The position numbers and the translations under genes are program-made. Shown here in pieces: positions 5,763-13,354 of a stretch of DNA of 24,000 nt. This DNA is from Coxiellaceae bacterium. Its GTDB lineage: Bacteria; Pseudomonadota; Gammaproteobacteria; Coxiellales; Coxiellaceae. The stretch's first letter is position 1. Every line of letters begins with the position of its first letter. The notes beneath the pieces are model-generated. The model saw only the letters and a program-made list of their open reading frames with translations. It was not told the origin of the DNA and searched no databases. The stretch is taken from assembly GCA_030680235.1 (NCBI GenBank), contig JAUXWQ010000018.1:1-24000 (forward strand), written 5' to 3'.

Positions 5763-6644
5763 ATGTCAGCCAAGCATGATTTAAAACATTCCATTATTCA
5801 TTTAACACGGCACAATAGGGATGGCAGCTTTAAAACACAAGGCAATCGAAAAGAGCGTTTGTTATATATTGCAGATCAATTATCTGAAGGGGGTTATAAA
5901 ATTCAACACATGAGGCAGCTTAAATTCAAACATGTGAAATATTTAGTTGATCGTTGGCTGCAAGAAAATTTAAGCGCTGGCACAATTAAAAATCGCATGA
6001 CTGATTTGCGTTGGGCGATGAGTAAATTTGATAAGGCAGGTGTAATTCCCGCAACCAATGCGGCGCTTAATATTCCTAATCGTCAATATGTCACCAATGA
6101 AGATAAATCTATTAGTATTTCAGAGGGTGATTTATCAAAAGTCACTGATGAAAATGTAAAAATGAGTTTAATTCTGCAGCGTGAATTTGGATTAAGGCGC
6201 GAAGAATCAATTAAAATCCGCATTCATGAGGCTGTTATTGGAGATGAGTTGCATCTTAAAAGTTCATGGTGCAAAGGAGGGCGTGCTCGCACAATCAAAA
6301 TTCGTTATCCTGAGCAATGGCAGGCTATTGAGCAAGTAAAAGCCTTTCTGGGAGAAAGGCAACGTGCTTTGATTCCAGATGATAAAAAATATGTTGAACA
6401 AGAAACAATGTATCGCAATCAGACAGGCCGTGCTGACATTCATCATGCCCATGGGTTGCGTCATGCTTATGCGCAACGACGCTATGAGGATTTAACGGGC
6501 TGGCCTTGTGCCGCCAAAGGCGGGTTGTCAAAGCGTGAGATGACTGTAGCGCAGTTAGCGCTTGATAAAACAGCACGTCAGACTATCAGTGCCGACCTCG
6601 GTCATTCGCGCCTGGAAATCGTTTCGGTTTACTGCGGAAGGTAA
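5763..6644 (+). CDS. Tyrosine recombinase of the plasmid/prophage 'Integrase_1' type (PF12834/PF12835-like)
   Basis: GAGG SD upstream of ATG 5763; the track start (TTG 5652) lies inside hairpin 4. N-terminal motif LSAGTIKNRMTDLRWAMSKFDKAG and C-terminal HHAHGLRHAYAQRRYEDLTGW...LGHSRLEIVSVYCGR match my recollection of this family (HGLRH.YAQ.RY, terminal Y). Confidence 0.75.
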   Translation: MSAKHDLKHSIIHLTRHNRDGSFKTQGNRKERLLYIADQLSEGGYKIQHMRQLKFKHVKYLVDRWLQENLSAGTIKNRMTDLRWAMSKFDKAGVIPATNAALNIPNRQYVTNEDKSISISEGDLSKVTDENVKMSLILQREFGLRREESIKIRIHEAVIGDELHLKSSWCKGGRARTIKIRYPEQWQAIEQVKAFLGERQRALIPDDKKYVEQETMYRNQTGRADIHHAHGLRHAYAQRRYEDLTGWPCAAKGGLSKREMTVAQLALDKTARQTISADLGHSRLEIVSVYCGR

Positions 6645-6677
6645 TCAATTGATTTCTAAATAAAAATATCTTCATTC

Positions 6678-6727
6678 GACATAATTATGTCAATCAAGTT
6701 GACATAATTTAATTAGCGATATAGTAT
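6678..6727 (+). promoter_or_regulatory. Perfect 14-bp palindrome plus half-site overlapping a candidate promoter for the excisionase-like gene
   Basis: GACATAATTATGTC (6678-6691) is self-complementary. Its half-site recurs in TTGACATAATT (6699-6709). TTGACA (6699-6704), 17 nt, TAGTAT (6722-6727). Confidence 0.45.
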
Positions 6728-6785
6728 GCAAATAGGACAAACAACATAAGGATTTTATTATAAGCAAATTTTGAGGTATTCAGCG

Positions 6786-6983
6786 ATGAATAAAAATAAT
6801 GAGGGCATTGGATTTGATTTGTTAACTCAGAAAGAAGCGGCTGTTATGATCCGTATGTCTGAGGCTTGGTTTGAGCGACAACGTTGGGAGCATAAAGGCA
6901 TTCCTCATATCAAAATCGGTGGTCGCGTATTTTATGATAAAGAAGATTTGGTGAGTTGGGTAAAGAAGCAAAAAAGCACATAG
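6786..6983 (+). CDS. Excisionase/AlpA-type helix-turn-helix DNA-binding protein
   Basis: GAGGT SD 8 nt before ATG 6786. LTQKEAAVMIRMSEAWFERQRWEHKGIPHIKIGGRVFYDKEDLVSWV is the HTH_17/excisionase pattern (helix-turn-helix, then G.P..K.G.r..Y....l..W). Confidence 0.75.
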   Translation: MNKNNEGIGFDLLTQKEAAVMIRMSEAWFERQRWEHKGIPHIKIGGRVFYDKEDLVSWVKKQKST

Positions 6984-7109
6984 AAAAATTGATATTCAGT
7001 GACGGGCTCGAAGAGAGGGTTGGCAATTGCAGATTTATGGCATGCAAAAATATAGCGAGTTTTTAAAATTATACCCACAATAAAATTAAAGTGTGAAGAA
7101 AACAGTTGG

Positions 7110-7412
7110 ATGGAAAAAATGTTTATAATTGAGTTAACGTATTTGAAACCATTGGATGTGATTGATCAACTTCTTGTGGCGCATCGCTCATTTCTTGATG
7201 AGTGTTACAAGAAAAATTACTTTTTTGCATCTGGTCCAAAAAATCCGAGAACGGGCGGCATTATTCTATCTCATTTAACTGACAGAAAAGCAATTGATGA
7301 AATTATTCAACAAGATCCTTTTTACATAGAAGAAATAGCAGAATATAAAATAATTGAGTTTTCACCAGTAAAATATGATGGACATTTTTTGTATTATATT
7401 GCAGATAAATAG
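7110..7412 (+). CDS. YciI-like protein
   Basis: 100 aa. AHRSFLDECYKKNYFFASGPKNPRTGGIIL...DPFYIEEIAEYKIIEF fits the YCII-related domain pattern. Confidence 0.75.
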   Translation: MEKMFIIELTYLKPLDVIDQLLVAHRSFLDECYKKNYFFASGPKNPRTGGIILSHLTDRKAIDEIIQQDPFYIEEIAEYKIIEFSPVKYDGHFLYYIADK

Positions 7413-7423
7413 GGAGTCACGGA

Positions 7424-8365
7424 ATGAATATTTTAATTACTGGTGCTACAGGCATGATTGGACAAGCCTTGGTCTCGCATCTATCAAAACAGCACCAGCT
7501 AACCTTACTTGGTAGAACACATGAAAAAATAACACAATTATTTTCAAATCGATATGCTATTTTGACTTGGGATGATCTGAACTCACATAGCGAAGATCAG
7601 TTAAAAAATATCGATATCATTGTTAATTTAGCAGGCGAAAATATTGGTGAAAAACGTTGGTCATATGATCAGAAGCAAAAAATTCTAAACAGTCGTGTTA
7701 CAGCGACAAAAGCCATCTCAGAATTATGTGCAAGCTTAGGTGAAAATGCCCCAAGAATATTAAATGCTGGCGGTGTTGGTATTTATGGTTTTTCAAAAGA
7801 AAGTGACCCAGCAAACACCTATTTTACCGAAAAAAGTACAATATCAATGAACCCAGACTGTTTTCTTACAACTGTTGGGAATGCGTGGGAAAATGCATTG
7901 TCATTTGCTGAAAAAAACAATGTGAAAACAGTGAAAATGCGTTTTGGTGTTGTGTTGTCAAATCAAGGTGGTGCATTACAAAAAATGTTGCCCGCTTTTC
8001 GGTTTGGGCTTGGCGCTGTGTTAGGAAATGGAAAACAACCCTTTTCTTGGGTTGTGTTGGATGATTTAGTGCGTGCCATTGATTTTATCATTTCAAAACC
8101 TGATATTACTGGCGCTGTTAATATTGTGTCACCTGGCGTGACTACGCAAGGTGATTTTGCAAAATCACTTGCGCGTTCATTGCATAGACCGTGCTTTTTG
8201 CGCATGCCAGAAAGTATTGTGCGCCTTCTGTTTGGTGAAATGGGTAATGAGTTGTTGTTAAAAGGGCAGCGTGTTAAGAGTGAACAATTGTTACAAATGG
8301 GGTTTCAATTCCAATACACGCAAATTGATCAAGCGCTGCAGTTTTTATTTATGGGTAAGAAATAA
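7424..8365 (+). CDS. TIGR01777/YfcH-type SDR epimerase-family protein (NAD-binding domain plus DUF1731)
   Basis: GGGAG SD. ILITGATGMIGQAL Rossmann motif. C-terminal QRVKSEQLLQMGFQFQYTQIDQAL is typical of DUF1731. Confidence 0.85.
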   Translation: MNILITGATGMIGQALVSHLSKQHQLTLLGRTHEKITQLFSNRYAILTWDDLNSHSEDQLKNIDIIVNLAGENIGEKRWSYDQKQKILNSRVTATKAISELCASLGENAPRILNAGGVGIYGFSKESDPANTYFTEKSTISMNPDCFLTTVGNAWENALSFAEKNNVKTVKMRFGVVLSNQGGALQKMLPAFRFGLGAVLGNGKQPFSWVVLDDLVRAIDFIISKPDITGAVNIVSPGVTTQGDFAKSLARSLHRPCFLRMPESIVRLLFGEMGNELLLKGQRVKSEQLLQMGFQFQYTQIDQALQFLFMGKK

Positions 8366-8490
8366 TGGATAATAACATAAAAGATTTATTTCATGATTTT
8401 ATTACCGCAACCGATATTAATCCAAAAGGAATTGTGCCGCTGGGGCCGGAGTTAAAGTTTGATGAGCCGCATAATCGGGACAATAAATAA
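8365..8490 (+). CDS. Possible 41-aa ORF translationally coupled (TAATG) to the SDR gene
   Basis: ATG 8365-8367 overlaps the SDR stop. Translation is MDNNIKDLFHDFITATDINPKGIVPLGPELKFDEPHNRDNK*. No motif recognised; below the ORF-track threshold. Confidence 0.2.
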   Translation: MDNNIKDLFHDFITATDINPKGIVPLGPELKFDEPHNRDNK

Positions 8491-8509
8491 TTACAGGTGC
8501 AATAAAATA

Positions 8510-8974
8510 ATGAAAAATTCAACCATAACAATCAGAAAAGCGTTGTTATCTGATTTACCATCAATTGTTTGGTTACTATTTGATGACGAACTAGGTAGTA
8601 AACGTGAATGCTATCAAGATCCATTACCCAAAAAATATTTAACTGCATTTTCAAACATTGACTCAGATAAAAATAGTTTTCTGATTATTGTAGAAGATGA
8701 GGGTAATGTGATTGGCACAATGCAATTAAATATAATTCAGTATCTGACGTATCAAGGTGGTCAGTGTGCGCAAATCGAAGGAGTGCGTATTGCAAAAAAT
8801 CACCGCGGTCAAGGTATTGGAAAAATAATGTTTGAATGGGCGATATCAAAAGCACGTGAATTGCAATGCCGTGTAGTACAATTAACGACGGATAAGAAAC
8901 GACCTGATGCGCTGGTTTTTTATCAAAAACTTGGGTTTATTGCATCGCATGAAGGATTAAAATTACATTTATGA
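8510..8974 (+). CDS. GNAT-family N-acetyltransferase
   Basis: Start taken at MKNSTITIRKA (ATG 8510). Motif A RGQGIGKIMFEWAISKAR. C-terminal FYQKLGF. Confidence 0.85.
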   Translation: MKNSTITIRKALLSDLPSIVWLLFDDELGSKRECYQDPLPKKYLTAFSNIDSDKNSFLIIVEDEGNVIGTMQLNIIQYLTYQGGQCAQIEGVRIAKNHRGQGIGKIMFEWAISKARELQCRVVQLTTDKKRPDALVFYQKLGFIASHEGLKLHL

Positions 8975-8981
8975 GGTTGAA

Positions 8982-9398
8982 ATGACAGTCGAAAAAAATA
9001 AAATTCTAATACAGCGATATTTTGAAGAAGCTTGGAATCAAGGAAAATTAGAAGTTTTAGATGAAATCATTGATCAAAATTATATTAATCACAGTCCAGG
9101 CTCTCCAAACCCAGAACCAGGTCCAAAAGGATTAAAGCCGATTATTTCTGCTATTAGAAAAGGATTTCCTGACCTGCACTTTGAGATTAAAAACATGGTT
9201 GTAACAGATGATCAAGTGGCTATTCATTCTGTGATGCATGGCACGCACACTGGCGAGTTATTTGGGATGGCACCTACTGGAAAAAAAGTGGCTGTGAACC
9301 AAATGCAAATTGAACGTATCAAAAATGAAAAAATAGTTGAGCATTGGCGTCAATCAGATGACATGGGAATGATGCGGCAGCTTGGGCAAATAAAATAG
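8982..9398 (+). CDS. SnoaL-like ester cyclase family protein
   Basis: 138 aa. QRYFEEAWNQGKLEVLDEIIDQNYINHSP...GFPDLHFEI...HGTHTGELFGMAPTGKKV...IVEHW is the predicted-ester-cyclase pattern. GAGGT SD. Confidence 0.8.
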   Translation: MTVEKNKILIQRYFEEAWNQGKLEVLDEIIDQNYINHSPGSPNPEPGPKGLKPIISAIRKGFPDLHFEIKNMVVTDDQVAIHSVMHGTHTGELFGMAPTGKKVAVNQMQIERIKNEKIVEHWRQSDDMGMMRQLGQIK

Positions 9399-9422
9399 TG
9401 TTAGGGTAGCAGGCACTATTTT
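9392..9422. terminator. AT-rich hairpin between convergent genes (weak bidirectional terminator candidate)
   Basis: AAAATAGTG (9392-9400)/CACTATTTT (9414-9422), 13-nt loop. Overlaps both stop codons. Confidence 0.3.
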
Positions 9423-10561
9423 ACGGCATTACTTTTTTTCGAATATAAAAAATGAACTAATAGCGCTGATAGCATGACAATTACACTGCCTATAAATGTC
9501 ATCGTGATTCTGTCAATTGCAATAATATTTTGATAATTGCCCAATAAGTGTGTAAATCCCAATACAAATAATTCAATAAACAGAGTCATCAGAAAATAAG
9601 AAAATCCTAATGCAAAAATTAAAAATAAGAATAAAGTTAGCATCATAAAATTAATCATAAAAACGGGTGGTATAACGTAGTTAAATAAAAACACAATGAG
9701 TAGCGCACCTGTGGTATTTGAAAAAATTCTTTTAACTGATGTTTGAATAGTTTTCCCTTGAGACCCCTGTATGATTACTAACGATGTCATCGGTATCCAG
9801 TATAAGTAAGAAAAATGGCTATATTTTTGCAATAACAAACCAACAACGAAGCCCAATGTTAAAGACAATCCAGTGACAGCAGAGATTAATCCGGAGTTGC
9901 TAATTTTGTCGCTTTCGATTGATTTTCCTAATTCAACATTGCCAAAAAGAACATTAAAAATAACAAAAATAATTGATACAACAATACCATCTAACATATA
10001 GCGCATTCCATCCTTCAAATTAAATGGAATTGCTGAAAGAATTAAAAATATGATTGCGCCAATAACAAACACATTTTTCTGGTTTTTTGTTTTAGAAAAA
10101 TAAAATGCTAATGACGCATATAATACGGTGAGCACTTTAGCTAAAATTGGAAAATAAAAACCGGTGACTCCACCCAGTACGGTCGAGATTACGATAACAA
10201 TTGGGGCTAATGTAACATGTTTTAAATTTCTTTTTTCGACTGAAAATGCAGCAGCTGATGACATTACTGCCATATTAAAAATAATGAGCAATGTATTATT
10301 TGAGGCACCTGATAATTTAAAAATAAGTGCTGTAATTAAACAAAATAGAGTAATTTTAACAGATTCCATGACAAATTTTTTATAATTAATTTTTTGCATC
10401 TTAGTCGTTGATATGAATTCAAGTGTGATCAATACAATAATTGGTACAAGAAAAAGTGCGCCAAATGTTATAACAATCCACCATGCAATTTTCCCGCCTA
10501 ACAATTTTAGTGATAATGTTAGAATAAAAATCAATCCCAACAATATTGGCAAAAGAAACAT
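9416..10561 (-). CDS. Polytopic inner-membrane protein, FUSC/aromatic-acid-exporter-like
   Basis: 381 aa, about 10 hydrophobic helices. YWIPMTSLVIIQGSQGKTIQTSVKRIFSNTTGALL resembles the FUSC-family core (yW...T..vv..p..g.t..k...Ri.GT..G). Confidence 0.55.
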   Translation of the reverse strand: MFLLPILLGLIFILTLSLKLLGGKIAWWIVITFGALFLVPIIVLITLEFISTTKMQKINYKKFVMESVKITLFCLITALIFKLSGASNNTLLIIFNMAVMSSAAAFSVEKRNLKHVTLAPIVIVISTVLGGVTGFYFPILAKVLTVLYASLAFYFSKTKNQKNVFVIGAIIFLILSAIPFNLKDGMRYMLDGIVVSIIFVIFNVLFGNVELGKSIESDKISNSGLISAVTGLSLTLGFVVGLLLQKYSHFSYLYWIPMTSLVIIQGSQGKTIQTSVKRIFSNTTGALLIVFLFNYVIPPVFMINFMMLTLFLFLIFALGFSYFLMTLFIELFVLGFTHLLGNYQNIIAIDRITMTFIGSVIVMLSALLVHFLYSKKSNAVK

Positions 10562-10610
10562 AAAAATCCTTTTTAAAATTTATTACATCACCTATATTAA
10601 TGAAAAATTT

Positions 10611-11321
10611 TTATAATGACTTTTCTGTAGAAAAAATCTCAATAATTTTTTTAGCCACGGCATTGGCCAGTAGTGCATGCTGATCCTCATCTAAATGAAG
10701 GCCATCAATTTGACTGGCATGAACAATTAATGATGCATCTAAAAAGTCACAATCTTCATTCATTGCAACTTTTTGATAGAGGTTTGGAAGTAATTTTGAC
10801 TTTTCAACAGATGTTTTATCACAAACATCCGGTAAATCGGGAATTAGAACAATGGGGAATGGTGCGATAATTAAAATTTTAGGTGCAGAGCCATGCACAC
10901 CTTTATTGCTGCCCTTTACAATTTGAACGCATTTACGCATTCCATCAGAGATTTTGTCTGCTGAAACGTTAAGTTGAATTTTTGTATCATTCAATCCCAA
11001 TAAAAAAATAACCAAATCAATTGGATAATGCGCCTCAAGAAACAGCGGTAAATCATTGGCACCATTACGATACGGTCGTCCCGGAGCACCGTTGGGAAGA
11101 ATTTCGTCGAACATTGTTGAACGACCGCCCATACCTTCTTCGACAACATCATAATTTTTACGTAGTTTTTGTTGTAGTAATCCAGTCCAACGCTTACTTT
11201 TAATGCGTACTTTCACTAACTGCGTTCTGTCCTTAGTTTTTTCTGGAATAACACCGCGAACATTAGAATCGCCATAGCATAAAATTGTTTTCAATAGATT
11301 ATTCCCTGGAATTAATATCAA
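10611..11321 (-). CDS. SGNH/GDSL hydrolase (arylesterase/lipase-like)
   Basis: Block I ILCYGDSNVRG, block III GLNDT, block V DGLHLD. The track start is TTG at 11321; an alternative TTG at 11294 would give MKTILCYGDSN, the usual family N-terminus. Confidence 0.85.
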   Translation of the reverse strand: MILIPGNNLLKTILCYGDSNVRGVIPEKTKDRTQLVKVRIKSKRWTGLLQQKLRKNYDVVEEGMGGRSTMFDEILPNGAPGRPYRNGANDLPLFLEAHYPIDLVIFLLGLNDTKIQLNVSADKISDGMRKCVQIVKGSNKGVHGSAPKILIIAPFPIVLIPDLPDVCDKTSVEKSKLLPNLYQKVAMNEDCDFLDASLIVHASQIDGLHLDEDQHALLANAVAKKIIEIFSTEKSL

Positions 11322-11771
11322 TCAGTTTTTAAGCTGTGTAGTAGCCCCCAATTTTTTCAAGGAATCGCAATATGCCTTCCATTCTTCTGTATTTTCTTGA
11401 GGAATAAATATTCGAGAATCGCAATAATCCCTATATACTTTTATTTTATCATTTTCAATTTCAAGAATAGTAACCATGTTTATGACAACTTTTCTTCCCT
11501 TGAAAGTAAAATAACTTGTCCGCTCTAAAACCGCATTATTACCACTAATAATTTTTCGATGAATAACCCATTTATTATCATTTTGATCATGTGACACGTC
11601 TTTAAAAAAATTATTCCATAATTCCTGAATTTTCTCTTGGCCATATGTAACGCCACCAGTTCCAACCATCTCTGCAAATTCAGAATCTTTGGCAAATAAT
11701 GCTCCTACTGCTTTTGCATCACGGCGCCTTACTGCAGCAACTAAATCATCAATAATTTTTTCTACGCTCAT
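11322..11771 (-). CDS. NTF2/SnoaL-like domain protein
   Basis: 149 aa. DDLVAAVRRRDAKAVGALFAKDSEF...KIKVYRDYCD is the typical SnoaL_2 layout. Its stop abuts the SGNH gene start. Confidence 0.65.
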   Translation of the reverse strand: MSVEKIIDDLVAAVRRRDAKAVGALFAKDSEFAEMVGTGGVTYGQEKIQELWNNFFKDVSHDQNDNKWVIHRKIISGNNAVLERTSYFTFKGRKVVINMVTILEIENDKIKVYRDYCDSRIFIPQENTEEWKAYCDSLKKLGATTQLKN

Positions 11772-11801
11772 TTCTAATTCCCCTGTTGAAAAATTGAAGT
11801 C

Positions 11802-12206
11802 TCATTTTCTGAAAAACAGCTTAACAAAATCAGGATAATTTTTTTCTAAATCTGCTTTAAATGCATTTACATCCCAATAAGAGTCAATCATATTTATTTT
11901 TTGTTCCGGAGATATTCCAATGATCCATATGCATACAACGGAAGGACCGTTATCAGCATCTGGTTTTTGAAAAAAAATTTCAAATTCGACGGCAACACGT
12001 TGCCCGTGATCTTTAATAAGCTTTTTTATAATTTTTACTTTTTTTACGAAAGAGTAAAATTTTAAATCATTGTCATTATCTACAAATTCTTTGAGGGATA
12101 TCGTTCCATCGACAGGACAATAATTTTTACCGTTCAAATCAAAAAGCTCATAATCCGCATGATCCTGCTTTTCCATTTTTTCAAACATTTTGTCAACGAC
12201 GTCCAT
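11802..12206 (-). CDS. Hypothetical protein, probably NTF2-like fold
   Basis: 134 aa. Pattern RVAVEFEIFF...VVCIWIIGISPEQKINMIDSYWD resembles cone-shaped alpha+beta barrel proteins. Weak call. Confidence 0.45.
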   Translation of the reverse strand: MDVVDKMFEKMEKQDHADYELFDLNGKNYCPVDGTISLKEFVDNDNDLKFYSFVKKVKIIKKLIKDHGQRVAVEFEIFFQKPDADNGPSVVCIWIIGISPEQKINMIDSYWDVNAFKADLEKNYPDFVKLFFRK

Positions 12207-12282
12207 TTTTCACTCCTTGATTTGATTCATAATTTACATTTTATGCTACTAAATAAAATCGCAAAATCCCTTTGCTTGATCG

Positions 12283-12471
12283 TTACATCATCCCAGCAAC
12301 CCGTATTAATTGTTCGTTTGACATGCCAGTATGTAAGCGATCGTATTCCCCTCTATTTGAGAATAGGCTGAAAATACATGCGCAACAACCAGCTTGTTCT
12401 TGATTATCAATTAATGATGGTTTATCGGTATTTTCTGTAGTGGTTTTATCTTTTTCTAGCGTGTTTCTCAT
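12283..12471 (-). CDS. Possible 62-aa Cys-containing small protein, divergent from the LuxR gene
   Basis: Internal ATG at 12471 with GGAGA SD (12477-12481 on minus). MRNTLEKDKTTTENTDKPSLIDNQEQAGCCACIFSLFSNRGEYDRLHTGMSNEQLIRVAGMM. The longer 124-aa track ORF overlaps the LuxR start and lacks an SD. Confidence 0.3.
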   Translation of the reverse strand: MRNTLEKDKTTTENTDKPSLIDNQEQAGCCACIFSLFSNRGEYDRLHTGMSNEQLIRVAGMM

Positions 12472-12577
12472 ATTCTTCTCCAATAAATTATTTATTAACG
12501 TTATGATAATACAAAGCAGAAGGCTGTTTTGTAACCGCACTTTTGTGCGTGTTTCAACCCATTGAATAGATAGAAAA

Positions 12578-13297
12578 ATGTCACCATTTCTGAAAAGCAT
12601 TATTGATGCAGTGCGATTACTTTCGCAGGCATCACCAAAGCAGATGATCTGCATCAAGGATGTGAACTCTGTTCACGTCTATGCTTCCGGTTATCTATTG
12701 CAATTAATGGATGCAGCGGAAGTTGATGTCATTGGTAAAAAAGTGTGGCTACCGCTCTATGGTGATCAGGTTGAAGTTGAAAAAATGATTTTGGCAGAAG
12801 ATCAAAAAATCATATCAGCGCGTGAACCAGCGCTTCTTCTAAAAGTTAATAAGTTTTCAACAGGACTAAAACCTTACTTCTGTTTTAAATCCCCACTTAT
12901 CAATTTAGAAAATAATAGTGTTGAAGGATTGATTATTTATGGGTTTGAAGCAGGTTTAACTGCTTTTAAAAAGCATTTTGTAAAATCAACTGCGAACAAA
13001 TCCAGTTTAACAAATACAGCTATTCATTTGACTAAACGAGAAAAGCAAGTTATTTACTTTTTTATGTCACATTTAGGTAGTCAAGAAATTGCCGATGTTC
13101 TGCATGAGATGGAAGGCAAAAAAGTTTCTAAAAGCACAATAGACACTGTTTTCAATAAACAATTATATCCAAAATTTAAAGTCTATAGTCGTTCTGAACT
13201 ATATGAAAAATTACAAAATGCAGGATATGAAAATCTCATTCCAAAAGAAATTTTGCAAAGTGGGTCATTTTTTCTTCCAGTTTTACAGGTATATTAA
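12578..13297 (+). CDS. LuxR/FixJ-type HTH transcriptional regulator with N-terminal PAS-like sensor region
   Basis: C-terminal LTKREKQVIYFFMSHLGSQEIADVLHEMEGKKVSKSTIDT is a LuxR-type HTH. The N-terminal 150 aa is PAS-like. Confidence 0.8.
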   Translation: MSPFLKSIIDAVRLLSQASPKQMICIKDVNSVHVYASGYLLQLMDAAEVDVIGKKVWLPLYGDQVEVEKMILAEDQKIISAREPALLLKVNKFSTGLKPYFCFKSPLINLENNSVEGLIIYGFEAGLTAFKKHFVKSTANKSSLTNTAIHLTKREKQVIYFFMSHLGSQEIADVLHEMEGKKVSKSTIDTVFNKQLYPKFKVYSRSELYEKLQNAGYENLIPKEILQSGSFFLPVLQVY

Positions 13298-13354
13298 TAA
13301 TGCAAACCTTGTCTTTTTGTTTTAAAATAATTTTTTACTTACTGAGATAATGGC

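Larger units (their letters stand above)
202..6983. mobile_element. tRNA-Pro-associated integrative island, probably composite; right boundary not determined (at least to 6983)
   Basis: P4-type integrase lies about 180 nt downstream of the tRNA 3' end. Cargo is AbiE, a gene fragment, an orphan ORF, a second recombinase and an excisionase-like HTH. No direct repeat of the tRNA 3' end could be found by eye anywhere in the window. Confidence 0.6.

Noticed and set aside
6984..7012. Similarity of AAAAATTGATATTCAGTGA to the tRNA-flanking AAAAAATGATCAAAGTCAGTG (276-297) as an island end repeat
   Set aside because: It is short, gapped and low-complexity, and does not include tRNA sequence. It cannot be separated from chance without statistics.
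8459..8509. Extended start of the GNAT ORF (TTG 8459)
   Set aside because: The extra 17 residues overlap the small ORF region, and GNAT homology begins at MKNSTITIRKA.
12472..12657. Upstream half of the 124-aa minus-strand ORF
   Set aside because: It overlaps the start of the LuxR-type gene, has no SD at 12657, and its composition looks non-coding (Leu/Ile/Cys-rich from AT-rich DNA).
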